A stretch of 64,000 nucleotides of DNA from Takakia lepidozioides (lineage: Eukaryota > Plantae > Bryophyta). Location of the stretch: contig CM060731.1 in NCBI GenBank assembly GCA_030704615.1, positions 13,268,001 through 13,332,000 on the forward strand, read 5' to 3'. This document shows positions 1 through 11,895 of the stretch, in pieces (position 1 is the first letter of the stretch; each line of letters opens with the position of its first letter). The notes beneath the pieces were generated by a model that did not search any database, was not told the DNA's origin, and saw nothing but the letters and a program-made list of their open reading frames with translations. The translations under genes were made by a program, and so were the position numbers.

Positions 1-455
1 ATTCCAGCTTTGATGATATCCCCATGCACCTCTTTGCCCTTCTCCAGGGCTGCTAGGCCTGCAATGCATACAAACATGATGTGGCCGGGCTGAACCCCTT
101 CCCCCATCATTTGCTCCATAGGTCTCCAAAGCCTCCATCCCACGTCCCTGCTGTGCATACCCTGCAAGCATCGCACTCCACGACACCACATCTCGTTCAG
201 CCATAGAGTTGAACACTCCCTTTGCATCCTCGATGCACCCACATTTTGCATACATGTCCACTAGGGTATTGTTCAAAATGACATTTGGTACAATTGCAGC
301 TCTGAAGGTGTCACCATGGACCTCCTTCCCCTTTTGCGTGCTTCTCCTCGTCTCATCTCCTCCTCCTCTCCTCCTTCCCGCATCATTTGCTCAATGCCTC
401 CATCCCACGCCCCTTCATATCCTGCGATCATCGCGTTCCATCCCTCGGCTACATA
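1..455 (-). pseudogene. PLS-class pentatricopeptide repeat (PPR) gene fragment, apparently frameshifted
   Basis: Minus-strand translation gives WNAMIAGY..., NTLVDMYAKCGCIEDAKGVFNSMAERDVVSWSAMLAGYAQQGRGMEAL and EQMMGEGVQP...LAALEKGKEVHGDIIKAG, which are typical PLS-PPR motifs. There is a 1-nt frameshift near 117, residues are missing after FVC, and the feature runs off the window edge. Confidence 0.85.
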
Positions 456-2084
456 GTGTGGCGCAGGAGACAAAAAAAAACGCCAAGTCCTAGCCCTCCT
501 CTGTGTTCACAATTACCCTAATGGGCAACCTTATTAGCAACTTTTTGACTTTTTAACCTTTTGCACTTTGATTCATTCTAGGTCAGAGGCTAAATCCTGC
601 TACCAGACTTGTCTAGAAAACCAAAACACACGTAGACAAATATTTGATAATGGTAATAAAATATATTACCATTGGGCTGGTTTGAACACTTGTTAGTAAA
701 TTTAGGTTAGGATTTTTTTGAAATATTCTGGTTTTTTCTTTGATGTGTGAGATGACAAAGTCCAAGCATGTCACATAAACAAGGAGTTCAACGTAAGGAT
801 GATGCAAGTGTTTTGTGGCAAAAAAAATGTAAATCATGCCTATGCATATTTGTCCTACTTGTGTCATAGGTTGCAACGGAACGGGGCCACCTTTGAATGC
901 GATCCCATGCTCATTTCACCAAGGGCATTATAGACTTCATAATGTAGAGATTGAAAATGGGGTGTAGCAGGGGGTGATTCTTCACTTGCTAGTAGCCCAT
1001 CGTGCAGATTTCCAAACATGAACATGAAGTTCATAATCATTTTCCAAGGGCATCATTCTCAAACTCCCCATACACCACAATGTGGAAATTCTATGGTCAC
1101 ATTTCACACATGTGTGTAACATGCCATGTAAACTAAGCCAACTCCCGCCACGCTCATGGCTGTTTTCACACCGTTCTTGCCTCGGGTGTGGATCACATGT
1201 GAGACACCCCACAGTTAGGGCATATTTTGACCCACACCTTGGCTCACTCTACAGACCCGTGATAAAAGCCGTGGAATGTGCCAGGTGTGAGATGGCAGAG
1301 CCGTGGAAAAAGCCGGTTTCTCTTCTAGTGTAAGCTCTTTGAGCTTTCCAAGGACGTTGTAAAGTATCCTGACATTTGGGTCAGATGCCAATGCCAGCTG
1401 AAATACCAAAAATACCTTAAGATGATCCACTCTATTTCGCAGAAGAAAGACCATCATGTTAAACAAATCAAGCACTGGCAATATCGAGCAAAAGAGATTC
1501 TCGATGAAACAAATATTAGGCAGGTAGCACTGAGCATGGTAGATGAAGCTGATTTGGAGGCTGAAGTGGCTAAGGGCAAGTTGGAAGCACATTAAATGTC
1601 CTAGCAAAATCCGGTTAGGCATTAAACTTCCCTGAACGCGTCGGTCTGACAAAGGCGAGGACCTTAAGGATGGCCTGAAGGGCCTAGCTACCCTGGGTAA
1701 TTGGCTAATATTTAAACTCGGAGCGGGAAGACAAACCAGTCGTGTTCAAGAATTAAATCAATCAGTAAACCAATCAATCAACCAGTCGGGTTGAAGAAAT
1801 AAATCAAATTGCAGGAACTTGAAGGAAATCTTTATATATATATATATATTTAGATTGCTTTTATGATACATAGATGTAGCGTAGGTGTGTTGGTTAGTTT
1901 GTAGTGTCTTAGAAATATTATAACGTGGAGGTCTTAGGTTCAAGTATACGTTGTATGATATATGTAGAACAATGAACATATCGCCATTAGACAGAACCGG
2001 AGTCAATGGTCAACAAATTTTTGAAATTCAAATTTCAAATTCAAATTTTCCCGCCTAATTTCAAATGTACCCCCTTAAATTGTG

Positions 2085-2316
2085 ACATCCGGGCGTCGCA
2101 TTTTGCGACCCCTTTGCAGAATAGGTTTTTTTTTTTTTCGACGCCCGGGAGTCGCAAATCGCGGTTTCGCATATTTGCGACGTTTTTTTGGCGATGGGCT
2201 TGCGACGTTTGGGCGTCGCAAATTTGGTTTTTTCCCCGTCCGAAAAATGCTGTTTTACGACGCCGCGGCGTGGCCGCGGCATCGAAACCCCCCCCCCCCC
2301 ATTTTTTCCTATAGTG
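2085..2316. mobile_element. CACTA (En/Spm) element right terminus with subterminal repeats
   Basis: The reverse complement of 2296-2316 reads CACTATAGGAAAAAATGGGGG. It is preceded by many GCGAC/GTCGC repeats in both orientations. The terminus truncates the retroelement reading frame to its right, and no matching left end was found. Confidence 0.7.
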
Positions 2317-2559
2317 ACATCATCTGGGGAATAAACATTCTCAACCTCTTCAAAAACATTAGTCACTTTGGCCTCCAACTGATCCTCAGTGTATGGCTCT
2401 CCCCACTCCTCATATTGCTCCTTGAGAGATCCAATGACTCTCTCTCTCCGCAAATCATCCCACATCTGTCATGGGTGTTTGCACCCCATGATCCTGTGCT
2501 CGCCCCCACTCATTGCCTCAACCGTCTCGGTTGGCAAGGATGATGCAATATCCAATGGA

Positions 2560-3047
2560 AATGCCGAAGTAGCCACCACTGCTTGCAATCTCCGTTGCTC
2601 AGCCATGCACAAGTCAATGACCCATGTCAAGCAATTTAGATCAATTGCTTGACCCAACACGTGTCGGCGTGATGCCTCTGACAGAGCTGACACAGTTGTA
2701 GTGCCCATGGCCCGAGCAGCTCTGGTGGTGCAAGATTGGTCCACCACAATCGAGGTCGATGCGCGCGTGATCCCACCACTGCTACATCCAATAGCACCGC
2801 CGATCCAATCCAAGACCGCACCTGATGCAAACTGGCCATAACCCTGGCCCGAGAGTCCCCCATAAAAGGAACATTCTCCAAGATATATGCTAGAGGTTAC
2901 ACTTGCCTCGTCTGCAAGTCACGCAACACTCGTAACATCTCCCAAAATAAATGCGTCTCTTGCATCATGCAAGCCATTCCCATGACATGCGGGAGAGTGT
3001 CCTTGGCAATGCCATCCGGATATCGCCAAGTCAATGGCACTATGCCG
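2560..3047 (-). pseudogene. C5-cytosine DNA methyltransferase, C-terminal part (motifs IV, VI, VIII, X), DNMT3/DRM-like
   Basis: IDLAISGWHCQG (motif IV; catalytic Cys kept, Pro->His), LFWEMLRVL, YILENVP (VI), SRAHRPRLWWTN (VIII), SEASRRHVLGQAIDLNCL (X). Frameshifts and a stop are present. Confidence 0.8.
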
Positions 3048-3559
3048 GCCCATTGTTACGGACGCGATGTCCTATGATGTGCTTGTTGGTGGGGCTGTGT
3101 TGTACCCCATAGGATTTACTCTAGATTTTTGGGAGGAAACGATATCATACAGGCCGGAATGGCGGTCAGGGGATGGTCGACGTGCACTGCTCCTAGTGCG
3201 ATTTATTGGGAATGTAGCGGTGGATCATAGGAACATGATGCCCACATTGGCTGCATTCTCAGGGGTGGTGGCTTGGGGTGGTGAGCTCTTGGAGGGCAAT
3301 AGCCATGCAAATGATAGGCCACCAACTGATGAGGACAAACAATTGGCATAAAAGGCTGATTTGCTTCCTCATGTGCCTGTTTATATTCCACTGTGGGGTA
3401 CAGTTGGGAATTTGCATCGAGTAGTAGACGAGTGTGTGTACCAAGCATGGCAAGAGGCCTATCCATTGGTGAGTGAGGAGAGTTCAGTGACATCACCTGA
3501 ATCTCCTCAGTTAGCTCATTTGGACACAGTGCCCATTACCTGACAACCACCTGACTCAG

Positions 3560-3801
3560 AAATTTGTTTGCTAGACCTGTTTGGAGGCATGAGCAATGGG
3601 CTTGCAGGAGTGTTGCAAGCTGGGATTAAAGTACGAAAGTACTTGTATGTGGAGAAGGATGAGATATCTCGGCGTATTTCTATGCGTCACGTTGCCTTGC
3701 TCACACACCAATACCCTGAGTTGCTGCCTCTCTCAGCAATTCAAGGGTACCAAAAGCCCTTGCCAACAGACATTACCATACTGGGGGCGGATGATTTGGG
3801 C
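3560..3801 (+). pseudogene. C5-cytosine DNA methyltransferase, N-terminal part (motifs I-III), in inverted segment
   Basis: LLDLFGGMSNGLAGVLQAGIKVRKYLYVEKDEISRR...LPTDITILGADDLG: SAM-binding motif I, motif II (VE), motif III (DIT). Confidence 0.8.
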
Positions 3802-4787
3802 TCTCATGACTGAGTCGTCCGTAGGATGATCCGGCTGTAATCGAATGAAGAGCTCATGGCATGTTATCGCGCCTTCTCTGAACCACCCAAAGATGTTTGA
3901 ATTTGGAAATGGCAAGGCTCCAAGTCCGCCTCTGTAAGGCCCAAGCCTGCAATTGCTGCTCTCCCCAACATCAATGGCTGTGCTCCCGAGTCCAACAAGA
4001 CCCGCAGTGGCCTATACCTCCTCCCGGCTGGGCCACCCAACTGAAACACACCATCCTGATTGTCCACTAGGACTACCCCAGAAGTCACCATACTACACTC
4101 AATGGCTGGTCTAGCTGACAACTCCTGCAACCTTGCAGCTGTGGCTGTCTTCACCCTTGAATCCAGGGCATCCATGCACTGCACCTTATCCGCTATCCCC
4201 ACACATAGTGCCGATGCATCACCACTCTCATAGAGTGCAGCCGCCAGTCTAAACACTGCAGTTGGCCGCATCCCCGGCATTGCAATTGTCGTGGTAGAAA
4301 ACAATGGAGCTTGGCAAATTGCCGAAGCCGCCCCCAACAATGTACTGGCTGCACCTTGCTTTGCAGTACCACCCGCTAGCATTTTACGAGCCATACCAAC
4401 TCTCCCCAATGGCACTCGTGGCTCTACCTCTGACACACTTGGGCGAGCGGGTGCCATCGATGGCATAGTTGGCACTGTCTCAGCAAATGTGAAAGACAGT
4501 GGAAGCCTTGTCTGCCGACTTGCTTCCCCTCTTTGTGGATCAAAATCCACATCTGCTCTTCTTGGCTCAGGAGGACGCGTTGCTGCTCGAGTGACAGGAG
4601 CTGCAGAATCCACATGCAATGGTCCTGCAAGTGCGGCTCCACACATGAAGCCCATACTAATCTGGTCTTCCCTAGGTATAGGAGGTTGTGCAGGTAGGGC
4701 TTGAACCTCAGACCTTAGAGTTGGCGCAACATGAGTAGTGGCCATGGTAGCAAGACGTTGCTCTAGCTCGGCAAGCCTATCCACCAT
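3802..4787 (-). pseudogene. Retroelement polyprotein segment with aspartic protease N-half (LLDSGA)
   Basis: ORF 3864-4787 ends ...LRVLLDSGAQPLMLGRAAIAGLGL...FQIQTSLGGSEKA. The C-half (IVTDAMSYDVLVGGAVLYPIGFTLDFW) lies on the plus strand at 3052-3170 because of an inversion. Confidence 0.75.
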
Positions 4788-5823
4788 GCCTTGGTCATGA
4801 CCTTGACCCTAACCTTGTGCTCCTTGGTTTTGGTTACGACCTCCACCACGACCTCTGCCTCCTCTACCTCTCTGGAATACATTGTCTCGTCATCGGCCAC
4901 CATTGTTCCCTTGGAACTGGCCTGGCCGTAGCTCAGGATGCAAGTCATAACAATGGGCCTCCTCATGCCCGTACTTGCCACAATGCCCACACTGTAGTTG
5001 TGTAGGCTATGCATGTGCCAACCTTTTGCCTCTCTCTAGGCAATCCTTCTTCAAATGTGGTCATCCACAATCCCAACATGACACACTTGTCTGTTGTTGG
5101 CCTGAGAATGAAGGGAGAGACCTTTGCATTTGAGATCCCCTCTGACCTTCCCTGTGCTTTGTCTGAGCCCCCTTGTTGCCTTGAGCACGCTGTGGTAGTG
5201 GTTGTTGTTGGCTAGGAGCCCCACTTCTTTGTGTCTCCTTGCCAAACCCACCATAACCACTCGCTCTTCCACCATGTTGATCTTTATCCACTCTGCTAGC
5301 AAAAACATATTTGCTAGGGTGGGTTGGGCCACTTGTAGGAGAGTTGCATCCGCACCCTTCTCCTCAACTCCTTGTCCAATATCCCATACTAGAATTGGAC
5401 TGCCTGAGCTTCCGTAACCCCTTGGGTTACACTTATCAATCGCCTCATGCGCGTATAAGCCTCCCTCAAACTCTCGATAGACTTTCATTGGAACTCTTGC
5501 AAGCTCCGCAATTTCTCCGTCCTTATCCCCTGGTAGTTTCTCCTTAACTCCTCGAAGAACTCCACAACTGGGTTAAAGGCAGGCACGGGTGTTGGTGCTG
5601 CAACAGGAGCTTGGTGGACTTCCCAGCTCATGTTCCACTTGTCATCCCACTACTGCTTGCAGAAGCTGCCGGTGTAGCTGCCGGTGTTACCACTCCTCTT
5701 GTGCCTCTAGTGATGGAGACATAGTCAGGTGACCAATACACCCGCCATTCCTCAATCTCCACCTCATGTCCCCGCCTAAACTTATGGTAGTCATCCATGG
5801 GCGACCCCTCAAGGTGTTGTAAC

Positions 5824-6770
5824 CAGTGTTGTGCGGGTACCCGCTTAGGCGGATTGGAACCGGAACCGGCGGGTATGGGTTTTTCCAGGAACCGACTGGG
5901 AACTGGAACCGGGGGGTTAGTGGCGGTTCCAGATCCGGTTCCCGCACTAGGGTTTTTGTTTTTGTTTTTTTTTTCCGTGATCTGTCATCTCTCACCTCCA
6001 ATCTGCGCGATCTGCTGCAGTAGCGCGACTTCAGTGCGGGGGAGGGAGCAGCGCATAACAGCACGGGGAGGAAGGAGCAACGCGCCTCAGCGCGGGGGAG
6101 AGGGATCAGCGCACCAGCGCGTGGGGGAGGGAGCAACGTTTTTTTTTTTTTTTTTTTTTTTTTGGTTGGTTGGTTGGTTGGTTTTCATGGTTCTGTAGTC
6201 TCGCACCTCCCACCTGCGCGATGTGCTGCGAGCATCAGCACATGGGAGGGAGCAGCGTAGGGAGGTAGCATCGTAGGCAGCAAATTTTATTTTATTTTAT
6301 TTTATTTTCTCACATTGTATCGTCTCTCATGTCTGTTTTTGAATAGTGAGGAAGTCCACTTAGATGAGATCGAGGAGTTGATTGCAGAGGCCGAGTTGTT
6401 TGAGATAAAATGATTTCTTTGTGTATTCTACACACATTAATTTATACCCGCTTACATTGCATTATTATTATTTCATAAATTTGTATATTTTCAACATGGT
6501 CAAAAGATTTGATATAATTAATGGGGATTCACAAATCATTTTCAGATTTATAAAAACGATCAAAAAAATAATATACATTTTTAAATTCAAAAAATAGAGA
6601 ACCGGAACCGGAAACTGGAACTGGCGGTTGTTTCCCAAGAAATACCCGGAATTGGAACCGGAACCGCTTCATAAAAAAGAACCGGATCCAGAACTGGAAC
6701 CGTCTCTTTAAATATACCAAGGAACCGGAACCGAAGGTTCCTTCAATATGGCAAGAACCGCACAACACTG
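5824..6770. mobile_element. Non-autonomous hAT-type element (MITE-like) inserted in the gag region
   Basis: 13-bp TIRs CAGTGTTGTGCGG (5824-5836) and CCGCACAACACTG (6758-6770). 8-bp TSD GTTGTAAC/GTTGAAAC (7 of 8 match). GGAACC subterminal repeats at both ends. The gag-like frame resumes on the other side. Confidence 0.88.
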
Positions 6771-7844
6771 GTTGAAACAGCCCCTTCCACGCCATAAAAG
6801 AAAATGTGGATTGCGCATCTGCTGCAAATCACACCAACTATCAAACTCATGTATAAAATCATCAAGCTCGATGGTGCCCACAACTCCAGAGTACTGACGT
6901 GGCCCCTTCGTAGCTCCATACATTTCCTCCATCGTATCCCACAACAATGGCACGGAAATGGCTTGCATCCTGGCAAGAATCCTCCTAAATCTGAGTCTGA
7001 ACCTTCCTCAGAAGACACTGAAGGTGAAGGTGGCCTAAACCGCACACCTCGTCTTGTATATCCACTAGTATCGTTGGTGCTCGTACCGGCACTCTCCTCA
7101 GCAACTGGTGGCACCTCCGTGATGAAAACTCACAACCACACATGTTGTAAACATGTCTCTAATCCCCCTTTCCACAAGGTAACCAGGTAGAGAACCTGTG
7201 CGGCTTATGGCTTAGACTACTAGGTTCGTAACATAAACCTGCACCTGCATCCACCACAATCACTCCTATGGTCTGCTGGTCATCAACCCAGCCTCACCAT
7301 AAGAGAAACAATGATGGTCTGACTGGTCATCACCCCAGCCTCACCACCGGCAGCACGTTCTAGGATTGACCGGTGATCAAATCCGGACCAACCTCCTATG
7401 AAAACAAGCGCCCACACAAAGCTAATATGGTGCACAGTCAAGCATGCACGTGTGGGAGGATCCAAACACAAGAAAATCAAGACAGCAGCTCCCCCACACT
7501 AAACACACTCCACAGTATCGCTCCTACAATGACACCCCAGCCCAAACTCAGACTGACTCTTGCCTCCACCTGCGGAAAGGTTTTGGCCTAAGAGAGGGTG
7601 AAAGACTACAGGGAAAAGAGACTAAAGCAATTCCTAACCCCAGAATGCTCTCATCCCACTACCTTATCTCCACACTCTCTTGCTAAAGCAATAGACAAGA
7701 CTACATTTCAAGGGTCTCTCAAACAACTCTCCAAGAGCCCTCAAGAATATGTCTCTCAAACAATCTCACTAAGGCTCCCAATCCTTGCACAATGGGACTC
7801 CAAAACAGTACATCAAAGCCCATGAGCCTACCAAAACTTAGTCC

Positions 7845-8140
7845 TCGAGGACCCCAAATAGTCCCTCACACAAGTCGCCAAAGATTCCTCAAGCTCGCCA
7901 AATATTGGCCTCCAAGTACCCCAAATAGTCCTCCAAAGAACTCCAAATGGTCCTCCAAATGGTCATTTTAGGACCCCAAACAGTCCTCCAAGGACTCCCA
8001 ATGGTCCTCCAAACAGTCCTCCCAGGACTCCCAATGGTCCTCCAAATGGTCCTCCAAGGACCCCAAACAGTCATCCAATGACTCCCAATGGTCCACCAAA
8101 TGGTCCTCCAAGGACCCCAAACAATCCTCCAAGGACTCTT
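7845..8140. repeat. Tandem repeat of ~10-bp units (GGTCCTCCAA / GGACCCCAAA / GGACTCCCAA)
   Basis: Directly visible iterated units upstream of the retroelement gag region. Confidence 0.8.
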
Positions 8141-10214
8141 CCTATGTCACTATGTTCCCAATGCGTTCCCAATGTTCCCTTAGAATATTCCTGAGAATAT
8201 GCCATAGTATTCCCCCAATATTCCCTTGGGCCTATATGTATTTTCTTTGTATTCCCCCTTGTATTCTCCTTAGGAATAGCCATTTCCCCCTCATAGAGTA
8301 GTTCATTTTCCCCCTAGGCTTTAGCCATTTCCCCCTCTATTTCCTTGAGGTTTAGCCTTACCAAGCTAGGGTTTGTGCTCCTTGGGGCTCTATGCTTAAT
8401 CCCCTTAAGCATACATGCAATTCTTAGGGTACCAAGGCAAATTCCCTTGATCTTCTTTACCTTAAGCTACTCAAGTTTGTCTCCAACTCAATTAACAATG
8501 CATTGGCCACACAACAAGCTCAATTTCTCATTGGAACTCAAAATCAAGCTTGTACTTCTTTTGGCAAGCTACCAAGCCTTGGTCATTCAAGCTCCCTTCA
8601 CTTGCTAGCTCAAGAGCCACTCCTCTCAAGCTTGAAATTGCAAAGCTCAAGCCAAAAACATGCATCACCTCATACACAAGGGAATCAACTTGCTCCGTTC
8701 ACCTTCTAGCTCTCCGCATGCTTGAAATTGGAAGCCACACTTGGGAAGCATGCTTGAATGATGATCTCTCTTCAAGGACTTTCCACAAGTTGTTATCCAA
8801 GCCCTTCCAATGCCCTAAGCTTGGCTCTATACCATCATGATTGAAAGACTTCTTCACATGCTCCCCTTCAAACCTCTTGAGCTTCCAAATGCTCTCCAAG
8901 TGCTTGCCCTTGTTGTCTTCAAGCCCAAGCCTATGTAGCTCCTTGGCTTCTCTTCCACAACATCCACACTTGAGCTTGCTTAACCCTAGATTGACAGTGA
9001 AATGAATACTAACAATCATTTAGTTGCTCTCCATAAGCCATGGCACACACCATTGACTCCATAATGTATAGAAATGATTCTCAATCCTTAGAATCCATGC
9101 TTCCACATACACAAGACTTCCCTCTTGCAATCCTTGCAAATCTTGTGGCAAACAAGCCCCTTCTTGAGCTCCCCGACACCTTGGTGTAACACCACAAGTA
9201 TCTTTCTTGTAACCCTTGCAAGCCTTGTAATACAAGAGCTAAATTCTCCTTGCTCTCAATTCCTTGGTGCATGCAACTTCACCAAGCACCTTTCTTTGCA
9301 AGCCTTGTGATCTACAAGAGTTCCATCTTTGAGCTCTCCACCTCCTTAGGATAAAGCAATATCTCTCAAATCCCTAACACCACAAGGATTTTCCTTTGCA
9401 ATATATGCAACACCTTGCAACACAAGAGTTATCTTCCCAAGCTCTTCAACACACAAGTGATAAACTAACCCTTACACTCCGCACTCACAAGCATAAGGTC
9501 GTCTTCTTGTAGTGATAATGAAAGTGAACACAATGGAAACACTCCACTCATGAATCCACTCAATCACATAAACTAAGTCAAGCTAAGGGAATCCACCCTA
9601 CAAAGCCCTCAACATACTCCCTCTCAATACCTAGAACTATGGAGGTAAGAGAGGCTCATGGAGGCTCAACTACAAGAAGATGAGCCCTCCTCAACACTCA
9701 CAAGGGGAAAACCCATCCCCATGTCCCAAGTGAGGTTTGACACCTCATTTGGCATATGAGACCAAATGAAGTCCAAACACACAAAATACAAATATAAATA
9801 TCCAAAATATCCTAGTTAACTAGAAGTAGGTAATTCTAGTTAACCATGACTAAAACCATGACATGGCTCTTAGTTACGCCAGCTTCGGCCGGAGTCTTCT
9901 CTCTAAATAATATATGTATACACACATAACTGGCGTTTTTATTTTTATTCCCCTTATCCAGTTCTCTATCGGATTATTTATCATCGTGATGCCAGTGTGC
10001 CATCAAGATCTGGACGCAGACTCGGAAATATCCCATTAGGCAACACCCACCTGATCGAGCAGGCAACTTCCATTTTCTTCTTGCTATCACCACATTGATG
10101 CGTACATTTGCATCTGTAGCTGTAGGATGGCACACACTGGTCGGTTGGTTTTTAAATTTTGAAGTTCTCACCACAACTATGAAACGTTTCATTACATAGT
10201 CCTTATTCCATCAC

Positions 10215-10290
10215 CCTAAGACGGAAGGCAGTAAACCCACGGGCTGAAGAGATACCACAATTTGGGAGGCATCAAATATTATTATTATCA
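10215..10290 (+). mobile_element. SINE-like repeat, 3' fragment
   Basis: CGGAAGGCAGTAA-CCC...GAAGA-A-ACCA-AATTT...GGGAGGC-TCAAATATTATT is shared with 61425-61510, and it ends in a (TAT)n tail. Confidence 0.55.
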
Positions 10291-10660
10291 CCCCAAGCCA
10301 AACATTGGACGCTGTAATTATGAGAATATATTTTGCAGTATACATTTCAATTTCAATAATTCACAGTGAAAGTTTCTACTATCACTTTGACACCAACAAG
10401 TGTTCAAACCGGAGCAATGGCAATGTATTTTACTTAAGCTACTACAAATTGTTTGTCTACGTGGTGTTAAGGTTTTCTAGAGAAGCCTGGTAGACGGATT
10501 TTAGCCTCTGACCACTAGAATGAATGAAAGTGCCGAAGGTTTTAAAAACCTCGCAAATTTCCTTTTAGGTTTGCCCATTAGGGTAGCCGCCAACAGAGAG
10601 GGCTGGGCCATAGCACCTTTTTTGGCTTGTTTTGTTATATTAGTATGGAGCCGAGAGCCT

Positions 10661-10933
10661 GGAACGCCAGCCAGCGGAAGATATGCAGGGGCCTTTGATG
10701 CAGGCTTTGATGTCCCCACTTGGTCTTAGCAGGCGCGGTTTGTTCTCTTAGTATCGAGCCGAGGCAAGGCACGCTGTGAATTGGGAAATATATCAATATC
10801 CCTGTCATATATTTCCCAATTCACGTTCTGCCTTGCATTGGGCATTGAGCATGGAATGCCAGCCAGCGGAAGATATGCAGGGCCTGGGATGGATGCTATG
10901 TTGTCACCGCTTCGTCTTAGCAGGCGCGGTTTG
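10661..10933. repeat. Local direct duplication (~80 bp, two copies)
   Basis: GGAAYGCCAGCCAGCGGAAGATATGCAGGG...TCTTAGCAGGCGCGGTTTG occurs at ~10661-10742 and ~10853-10933. Confidence 0.75.
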
Positions 10934-11895
10934 AAGCCGGGAGGGGTGTCTTGCAGCTTGGGTTTTGGGCTGATGATGTAACCGCGACCCTAAGCCCGGA
11001 GGGGTTTCACGTAGCGATCGCAGATGGAGACATTTGCAAATGATGAGTACACCGCAGGAGCTCTCTCAAGTGGAAATTTGACGATGGTAGGACAACCGGG
11101 GCTTTTGTTTAATGTACGATGTGAAGAAGTTTGTCCATCCTGCAAACGTGGGCTACCGGCTCCTATTAGTATCATGATTTGGTATTCTTCTTGATGTATA
11201 CCACATTCTTGGGAGAGTCTGCTTGGTCAGCACAGTCTGTGTTTCAATCACTGCCTCAGCTGCACCGTGGTGGTTCTCACAGACCATTCCGACAACACCC
11301 GACTACACACACAAGCAGCACATACAAATAGGTCATGTTGGTTCTTGGTAGGTAATATTTTCTGTCGGTCATGACACAAGGTCAAGGACAATGTGGTGAG
11401 GGCACCATTTTCTTCAACCTATTTCAGCCTGTTTGGCCCTCTCATCAGACTCGGCCATGAGATGCATATTAAATTGCGGTTATCAATATGGCCCAGTTAT
11501 CAAAAACCACATAACCACATATTATCAATATCAAATTTTTTTTGAAAATTTGTCGGTTCTGGTTATCAATATATTAATAACCGGGTTGATAACCTGATTT
11601 TTATACCCTGAAAATTTAATAACCGCCCAACACAGATGTAATAGGTGGGGTGCGGTGGGCTACTGTTGGCCCATGTGCGCATAAACCAACAAAACCTCCA
11701 CACACAACGTGCATCCATAGATCAAAAAAACTGGGAAAATTTGCTCTTTGAATTATATGGGGAGAAATAGTTAGGGAGATGCTTATACACTAATTTGGAT
11801 GTACTATACTACAAGTTCTTGTACTTGACTAAAGAAGCATTAGACATCTAGTTGTCACTTATAACATGACGTGGCGCAAACACGTCGAAAGTCAG

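Larger units (their letters stand above)
2317..7150 (-). mobile_element. Decayed retrotransposon-like element: gag (zinc knuckles) - aspartic protease - cytosine-5 DNA methyltransferase
   Basis: Gag-like IELDDFIHEFDSWCD (6968-6780); zinc knuckles CWDCG*PHLKKDC (~5040-5078) and CGHCGKYGHEEAHC (~4950-4991); retropepsin VLLDSGAQPLML (~3970-4005) and YDVLVG; C5-MTase motifs downstream. No RT or integrase is present in the window, and LTRs were not identified. Confidence 0.75.

Noticed and set aside
8150-9860. Possible LTR or leader of the DNMT retroelement, with PBS-like sequences at ~7870 and ~8825
   Set aside because: No second LTR copy, TSD or convincing tRNA match in the window. It is probably TE-derived but could not be classified.
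11461-11635. GGTTAT/ATAACC-rich MITE-like remnant
   Set aside because: Only one degenerate hAT-like end and no TSD, too weak to call.
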